The notes beneath the pieces are model-generated. The model was given only the letters and a program-made list of their open reading frames with translations. It did no database searches and had not been told where the DNA came from. Below are positions 18,601-27,600 of a stretch of 34,662 bases of DNA, one piece after another; position 1 is the first letter of the stretch, and the number at the start of each line of letters is the position of its first letter. The stretch lies in NCBI GenBank assembly GCA_048940925.1, contig JBHLOC010000049.1, forward strand, positions 1-34,662, read 5' to 3'. The position numbers and the translations under genes are program-made. This stretch comes from Promethearchaeota archaeon (GTDB lineage Archaea; Asgardarchaeota; Lokiarchaeia; Sigyniarchaeales; SOKP01).

Positions 18601-21600
18601 AACTGTAATTTTAATTTTTCAATTGGGAGGATATGAAAAATAGCGGACATTTTTCCATTTTTAAGAAGATAATATTCTTTAAGGGTTCTTAGATAATTTG
18701 TCAGTTTTTCTGAAATGTTTGATGAGAGCGAGGAATGAATAATTTCAAAATTTCCAACTTTGGCGACTATTTCGTTGCTTTCACTTAGGAGCACGCAATT
18801 AAAATAAGAGAGTTCCTCATCTTTTTTCAAAAATTTTGCAACAACGTATTTCGGTTTTTCTTTTGACAATATATCTAATGTTGCAATTTTAGAGGGAAGT
18901 GATAAATGATTGTTGATAATAACATCAAATAACGCCGCTGTTTGGAATATACTCTCAATGGCTAGAGGATCTAGTTGAAAATTATCTCCTTCTCTATTTT
19001 CGGTGAGATTAGTTGTTGGAATATCAACACTTGATATTATTTTTTCATTTTCTAACAGAATTATATTTTTTAAAACCTGGAACTTACTCCCATGGAAAAA
19101 AAGCTCATAAATTTCACTTTTATCGAGAAGAGGTATTAATGGCTCTGATATAGGTTCCTTTTTCCATCTGAATTTTTTACTCGGTTTACCGAGTTTAGCG
19201 TTAAAATGTTCTTTAATTAAAGGTTTTCCTTTCAAAACTAAAGGAAAAGTCTTCGAAAAAAGAGCAATTTCATCATTAGAATTATCATATTTTAGTTCGA
19301 TCTCAACTGATTTGCCTACAGGAATCTTCAAGGGAGTATGAAAGTTAATCTCTGAAATTGAGGTCATAGGCTTCTCAAACAGGTAGTTATAGAATTCAGC
19401 AAAAGTTTCTAAAACCATTACCCCAGGGAATACTGGTTTTTGTTGAATTTGATGATCAAGTAGATAGATGTCAAAATCAGAATTGATTGAATTTGATCCA
19501 ATAATGAAATTTGGTTGATACTCCATTTTGTTTAACATTGGAAAGTTCAATTTGTTAATTGTTTTAGCAACAATAAGTTTTTCTTCGAAAATTCCTAAAT
19601 CTCCACCAACAATAAATTCTCCTTTGAAGCTATTTAGCACTAGCTTTGAAAAGATCTTCACCCCAAGATGTGCAGGAACAGGAACGACTCCTGCTTGAGT
19701 AAGAATTTGCAGTGTTGAACCTCGAGTAGCCATTCCAATATCAGCCCATGCTGTCCAATCAATAGATAAAAATGGGATATTACGCTGAGAATAATCCCAT
19801 GCTAACCTTGATAGATAAGCATTGGCAAACGCATAATCTATTTGGCCTTGATTGCCATAGCGACCTGCTACTGATGAGAATGCAACTATATATTTAACAT
19901 TTTGAATATTGATATACTTTAGTAGATTTAAAAAACCACCTACTTTAACATCTACAACTGTATGAGCCATTTTTAGTTTTTTTTTCAAAAAGCTCTTTGA
20001 TTCCTCTATACCAGCACCGTGAACAATGAATGTTATTGGCTTTTCCAAATTTTCTTGGATTTGTTGGAATGTGCTCTTCATTTTTTCTTTGTCTGTTATA
20101 TCAATAGCATAATATTGGACTTTAAGCCCTTTTATCCTTAATCTTTCAATGTTACGAAGAGTATCTAATTTATCGAGAAAATTCTTCCATTCTCTCTCTA
20201 TCATAACAGGTGTTACCCTTTCTTGTCTTGATCTCAACAAATTAGCTATTTCTTTCTTTTTCTTGTCTAGCATTTCTGGAGTATGAGACAAGTATTCATG
20301 CAAAGAATCATCATAAGGTGCTAACCCAAATAAAATTAGTTCTGGTTTAACATAATTGGTTAGTTTATCGATGCAGGCAAATGTTATTCCTTGTGCTCCC
20401 CCTGTAACTAATAGTACATCCTCTGTTGTTATTAGATATTCTTTCTGTTCTGGAAAATCTCCTAATTTGGTTCTTAGCAAAGTATGTCGAATGCCATCTT
20501 TATAAGCTACTTCCTCTACATCGTCCCAAATTGCGATTTCCTTAATAATCTCATCCGGACTTAATGAGTAAATGAGTTTAATTGGAATTTGAAATTCTCG
20601 ATTTAAAGTTTTGACAAATGCACCTATACTAGCGGAGAGTGCATTGGCTCCCTTTTCCCAACCAAAATAAGTCTCTGAAGCGATCATTGCAATTTTTTCG
20701 ATTGATGGCAAATCTAATCTCTGAAAAATAGTAAATAAACTATCAAAAAAAGCTAAACTTTCATTCGATGAATATTGCTTGTTAGCTGGAATAACTAGAA
20801 TGATAAAATTAAAATCATTTTCTAGGGTTATATTCCTTTGATTATTTTTTAACCTTTCAACAAAATTTAAATTACCAATAATATCGAAAACTTGAGGTTG
20901 TAATCCTAATTTTAGGAGCTTTTCATGCAAATTTATATGATTTGATAATCCTGAATTAATGTTAATGATAAGAGCCTTTTTACCTTCATATTTTGAAATT
21001 TTCTCCAGCTGAGGTAAATTGAAAATTTGTGAAGGAATTACTTGTGAAACATAAATATCTTCTTCTTTTTTAGATCTTTCCAGTGATTGAACATCAACTT
21101 GGTGAGTTTCTAGTCTCTTTTCTGGTAAAGTTGTTGCTTCATTAATATACTGCATAACGAATTCAGCAATTTCATTAGGATTACGTATTTCGGAGATGTT
21201 TATCTCGATAGATTCTCCTACATTGTAATAATCGCGTAATTCTCCGAAAATTTCAGCCTGTTTTACAGTATCTATTCCTAAATCCTCTTCTAAGTCATAA
21301 GTATCCTCAATATCAATAACATCGTAGCCAGTTTTGTCAGCAATAACTCTTTTTATCACGTTTCTTACTTCATTCATATTTATCGACTTATATGTTCCCA
21401 TACCGGTAGTTTTTTGGACAATCTCAATATTGGTATCAATGTTTTGATTACATAAATATTCCTGAATTTTTTGGATAATTTCTTTAATATTTTTTAGTCC
21501 TACTAAATTGATTTCTGTATCTTCAGAAATTTTCAAATAATTACGTAATTCTGCAAAAATTTCTGCCTGCTTAACAGTATCAATTCCTAAATCTTCTTCT

Positions 21601-24600
21601 AGATCAAACATCACATCAATATCTTCCATATCATACCCTGTTTTTTCAGAAATGATTTCAAGTAATTTAGTTTCAAGTAATTTGTCATTAATACTTGGAA
21701 TAGCAGTATCAGAAATAAGATAAGAATTTAAAAACTCGTTAAGCATTAATACAATAGCTTTAATTGTACGATAATCTGAGATGTTAAAGGAATCATCAAC
21801 TTCTAAGTTCCATTTTTCCCGTATTTCTCCAAAAATTTCTGCTTGTTTAACAGTATCAATCCCTAAATCCTCTTCTAAGTCGTATGTCTCCTCGATGTCT
21901 TCTGGATCATATCCGGTCTTAATGGCAATAATGTTTTTAATCTCATTTATTATATCACTAGTTCCAGGTACAGATGATTCATGAGAGACTTCTGTTGGTG
22001 CAGTAATGGGGATTTTTTCAGTGGAAATGGGTTTTGTATTCATTTTTAAAACTCTGCCATCCATGAATAATTCTTTTCCACTTCCACCAACACTTTGTAG
22101 CCATTTTTCGTAGTCTGGATTGCTGAAACGGTTGTCAAACGATGCTAAACGGAATAAAACCATAGCCAACTGAGAACCAAATCCTGCTGCAAAACGTAAG
22201 GCATATTTTTTTCTTTCATTAGAACCTTTAGAAAAATTAAATTTAGTATAATCAGGATCAATTTTATTTAAATTAGCAATAGGTGGAATTATCCCTTTCT
22301 CCATTGATTTAATTGCAACAGCTTCTTCGATTCCTGCTCCCATAGCATGACCAGTATATCCCTTAGTATTAATTATCATCATTTTATAAGCATGCTCTCC
22401 AAATGCCATTTCTAAGGCTTCTAATTCAGATTCGGCGCTTCCACCCCGAGCAGGAGAATATGTTTCATGACTTACAAACATTCCTTCATTTGCTAGTTCC
22501 TTTTTAGTAATACTATGAATTTTTTCCATTTCTGTAACGAATTTTGTTAATTTTTGGCTAATATGGCTTTTATCCAACCGAGTTCCATGAAATGCACTAT
22601 TTGCAAAATATGTACCAAGAATTTCTACAATTGGTTTCACTCCTCTATTTTTTGCTTCAGATTCTTGCTCAATTACAAATGCACTGGCTCCAGCACCCAA
22701 AATAATCCCATTTCTCCCTTCACCAAAGGGGAGAACTGCTTCTTCCCATTGCGATTTAGTTGTAGCAGCCCCACTCGCGAGAAAACCAGCCCCAATCCAT
22801 TGAAAGAGATTTTTGCTTGTAACATTATCACCTGTAATAATTATTACACGTTTGCACCTACCAGTTCGAATCCAATCTTCAGCAATACCGATTGCTTGAG
22901 GTGTAGAAGCACAAGCAGCATTAGTGGAAGTATTTGGACCTTTAGCCTTTATTAGTTGAGCGAACTGAGAATGACCCATCGATAATACTCGAAATAAAAA
23001 TGCTCGATTAAATTCTTTTTCTCCAGCGTTGGAAATTTCTTTAACAAAGTTATCGTATCCTGGAAAGGCTGATGCAAATATGATACCTGTTTCATCTTGT
23101 AAGCTTTCTGGCAAAACCCAATCACTTGGTAATATTTTGCCTGTTGAAGTCTTAAAATTACTTCGGACTAAAGGAATTCCCGCATCTTTTAAAGCTTCAT
23201 ATCCTGCTCCTATTGCTAGTTGGAAGGTGATGTCTAGAGCATTGAGCATTTTCGAATCAAGATGAAAGTCTTCAGTAGGATTAAATTCTCCCATTTGTCC
23301 TGCTAATTGGATAACTTTTGAGATATCATCAATAGCTACAAATTTAGCATTCCCATTTGGGGATTTATCTAACCTTATGACATTTTTTTGAAACAACTGT
23401 TCTTTGTATTCATTACTTACTGGTTCGATTAAATTTATTCCCTTTAAAATATCGTTAATATTTTTATCATCAAAGATTTTTCTATTCTTCCCAGGAAGCC
23501 CAATTCCTACACCGGTAATAACGACTGGAGATGTATTAAAATTTGTACTAATTGTAGAATATTGGCTTTCAAGTAAAGATTGATGTTTATTAAGGAAGTT
23601 CTGAAATCCTTGAATTATAATTGAAGTAAGTAGCTCTTTTTGTTCTTCCAAAAATTCATTAAAAAAAGGAAGTTGCCTGATCTTATTTAAGTTTTTATTT
23701 GAGATAAGTACATCTTGTTTGACACTAGGTTTAGAATCTTTTACTATTTCTTTTTGTAATTGTGCTTCAAAAGAGGGGGATGAAATTTTAATTGCACGAC
23801 TTAAGCTTTTCAGTTTAATTGATTTCAGTTTCTCAATAATCTTAAGAATTTGTTCTTCTTCGGAAGATTTTGGTGAAAGAGTGAAATTTACATAAATTTC
23901 TTTATGTTGTTTCAATATATCTTTAGTAAAAAAGTATAGAGCTTTTTTTGGTCCTATTTCTAAGAATCTTCTACCTCCGTGTTGGTATATATTTTGTATT
24001 TCATCAACCCATCTTACGGGTGAAGTAATTTGCTTGAGTAAAATTTTCTTAATCTCCTCAGGGGATTTAGTGTAAACATCCCCCGTTACGTTGCTAAATA
24101 TTGGAATTTGAGGGGATTTGAACTCAATTGATTTGAGAAATAACTTTAATTTTTCTTCAGCATGAGCAACGAATTTAGTGTGAAATGCATTTGAAACATT
24201 TAACTTTAGAGCCTGTATTCCTTTATCTGAAAATATTTTTACAGCCTCTTCAATAGCCGAAAGCTCTCCAGATATTACAGTCTGAGAGATCGAATTATAA
24301 TTAGATATTGAAACGTCCTCAGTCAAAATTTCATCTAAAATTTCTTCTACTATCTGAGATGATGTAAAAATAGCCGCCATCGAACATTTTATTCCAGTGG
24401 GTAACTCTGACATCGCACTTCCACGAGTGATGACAATTTTTAGAGCATCTTCGAAACTTAGAACCCCCGCAGTAGTTAATGCAGCAAATTCTCCTAAACT
24501 ATGTCCACCTACTATTCCTGGGTTAATACCCTTGGATTTAAGAAGATTTACTAAAGCCATCTCAACGGAATAGATGGCAGGCTGAGTGTATTCCGTTTGT

Positions 24601-27600
24601 CGCAGTTTATTTGAGTTTTCTTCCTCAGTTAAATTTGGTGATCCGAAAATAATCTCAAGTAAATCAAAATCAGCGAACCTTTTACAGATATCATTCGCTT
24701 TATCAAGAGTATTCTTTACTACATGATACTTTTGATATAATTCTTTTGCCATACCGACATACTGGCTTCCTTGACCGCTAAATAAAAAGCAAAGATCAGT
24801 AGGAGGTTTATTAGAAGTTAATTCTGGAGCCCTAACTGGGATTTCATCCTTTATTCCTTCTAATGAAGATGCATTATATAATTGAGGTAAGAATTCTTCA
24901 AGAATTATATGATAGTTTGTTCCTCCAAAACCAAATGAAGATACACCTGCTCTCCTAATCCCATTATCTGGAGTTTCCCAATTTTTAGGCTCGGTGTTTA
25001 CATAAAAAGGGCTTGAATCCCAATCAATAGAAGGATTAGGAGTTAGAAAATTAATTGATGGGGGTAAAATTTTATGATGTAATGCTAATACGGTTTTTAT
25101 AATACCAGCTATACCTGCTGCACTTTTTAAATGCCCGATTTGACTCTTGATGGATCCTATTACAAGTTTTTGGTCTAATTTTCTATTGCTAAAAACTTCT
25201 CTTAATACATTTAATTCAGTAGCGTCACCTACAATGGTAGATGTTCCATGACATTCAAGATATTGAATATCTGATGGTTTAATATTGCTAGATTTTAGAG
25301 CTCGCTCGATAGCTAGTCTTTGACCATCTAGATTTGGAGCTGTGATCCCTTTTCCCTTCCCATCAGAAGATCCGCCATAACCAATAATAATTGCATAAAT
25401 TTTATTCTTGTCCTTGATAGCATCTTCAAGACGCTTTAAAACAATAAATCCAGCTCCTTCACCCATGACAAATCCATTAGCACGAGCATCAAATGGATAA
25501 GTACCATTCTGGGATAAAGCACCAATCTTACAGAACTTAATATATGTTTGGGGATCCATTGAGCTATCAGTTCCTCCTACAAGTGCTGTGTCATAATTTT
25601 TGATAAGTAAACCATTGATTGCTGTATCGATTGCTGCTAAACTTGAGGCGCAAGCAGCATCCGTTGTCATACTTTTACCTGTTAAATTAAATACATTAGC
25701 AATTCTACCTGCTATAATGTTTGACAATTCACCAGGCATAGTATCTTCATTAATAGTCGGAATATCTTTAATAATGCTCTCTTCAAGAAATTGAATAAGA
25801 TTTTCCTTCTCATCTGGATTTAAAATTCTCTGAGAGCTTGCTTCATGGATTCTATACTTAATTTCATTAAAAAGTACTCGTTTATTACTGAGACGTTGGG
25901 CATCTCCTCCTGAGGAGTTACCCACAATCACAGCAATAGGCAATCGCTGCTTTCCATCAGTAGGATAACCAGCATCAATAAGTGCTTCTTCTGCTGTTTT
26001 AATTGCCCAAATCTGGACAAGATCCATTCTTTGAGCCATTTTTGGGGGAATTCGATACTTAATAGATTTGAATTTATATTTTTTAACAAATCCACCGATT
26101 TTTGTATATGTTTTATCAAGAATCGAATGATCTTGATCAAAATAGATTGCAGGATCCCACCTTTCAATAGGGACGTCCATAATTGAATACTTTTTGTTTT
26201 TGATATTGTCCCAGAATTGAGATATATTTTCAGCATCTGGAAAAATACCACCTAATCCTATGATCGCAACCTTATTCCCATACTTTATATCCTTTTTAGC
26301 TTTAATTTCTTCTTTCATAAGCTCACGTCCTGAAGTTATTTCTAGAACATTACTTGACATCCTATTGAAGGAATTCTTTCCTTCTTCGATAACATCGTAA
26401 TGAATTTGAGAAATATTCCTAATAGTTTTTTGTAGAGATATGGAATCACCAGTCATAAAAACACCATTAGTTAGTTGATGATTCCTTGAAGTTGGAATAT
26501 ATTGGGTAGATTCTGCTCCATCAACATGCTTTTCATTCCATATTTCTGCTCTTGAAGCAATTCTTAGGGCTCCTAAATTATCTTCTTCAAACATCTCCTT
26601 TCTTTTTGAAATCGAAATTCCTTGAGCTTTCCGCAAATATTCCTTTTTAACAATTTCACAGGCAAATGAAGATGGAATAACTCTTGCTCGGGTATTCACA
26701 CTTGTACCTATTATCGTTGTAGAGGAGTTATTCAGTAGGAGTTCTTGATAAACTGGGGATAATGCTTGAGAGGTTACAATTTCTTCACTCAGCAGATAGG
26801 CAGTTCCCATTTGAATTCCTGGATTTATCAAATCTAAATGATTCCCAATCATACTAGCTAACATAGCCGTACTGAGTTCATTAATGATACCTCCTGCGAA
26901 AATTATATTTACTTTCTTTTTAAATTCTTTTTTATTCATTTGCAAATATTCTAATATCCTTTCCCAAATAATAAAAGAAGAAAGCATACCAATATGCCCC
27001 CCACATTCATTTCCTTCTAAAATAATAAAATCAAGGTTTTTATCTAGCGCGTTTTTAAACATGGATAAAGTAGGAGTATGGATTAATACAATATTACCTA
27101 ATTTATTAATTTGAACTCCTAGATCGATAGTACCAGCTGCTACTAAGGTAATTTTTGGTCCATGAGTTGAAATTGATTTAAGGTGCTGTTCTCTTCTCGA
27201 TCTTACTACTTCTAAACCAATGATGCCGCTACCATAAGGTTTCTCAGATAATTCACTAACAACCGCTCCAGACAATAAGTTCTCCGCCTCATTTCCTAAT
27301 AAACCCCCAAGAGCAAGTATAGGAAGAGCACCATTTTCTGCTATTTTTTTAGCAAACTCTAATTGATCAGAAATATTTGCCATTGGACCTTGAATGATTG
27401 GATAAGTAATATTTAACTTTTTTGCAAATTCAGAGTTTTTGACAAAAGGCCAGAATGAATGAATATTTTCAATCTGATCTTGGATTATTTTTGGTAAATT
27501 GGAGAGAAAATTCTCTAAGGTTCTAAAATTATTAAAAATGTAATTTGAGAAGGAGATACCATGATCACTGGGCAACCAGGAGTGTTTAGGGTTAGGATCA

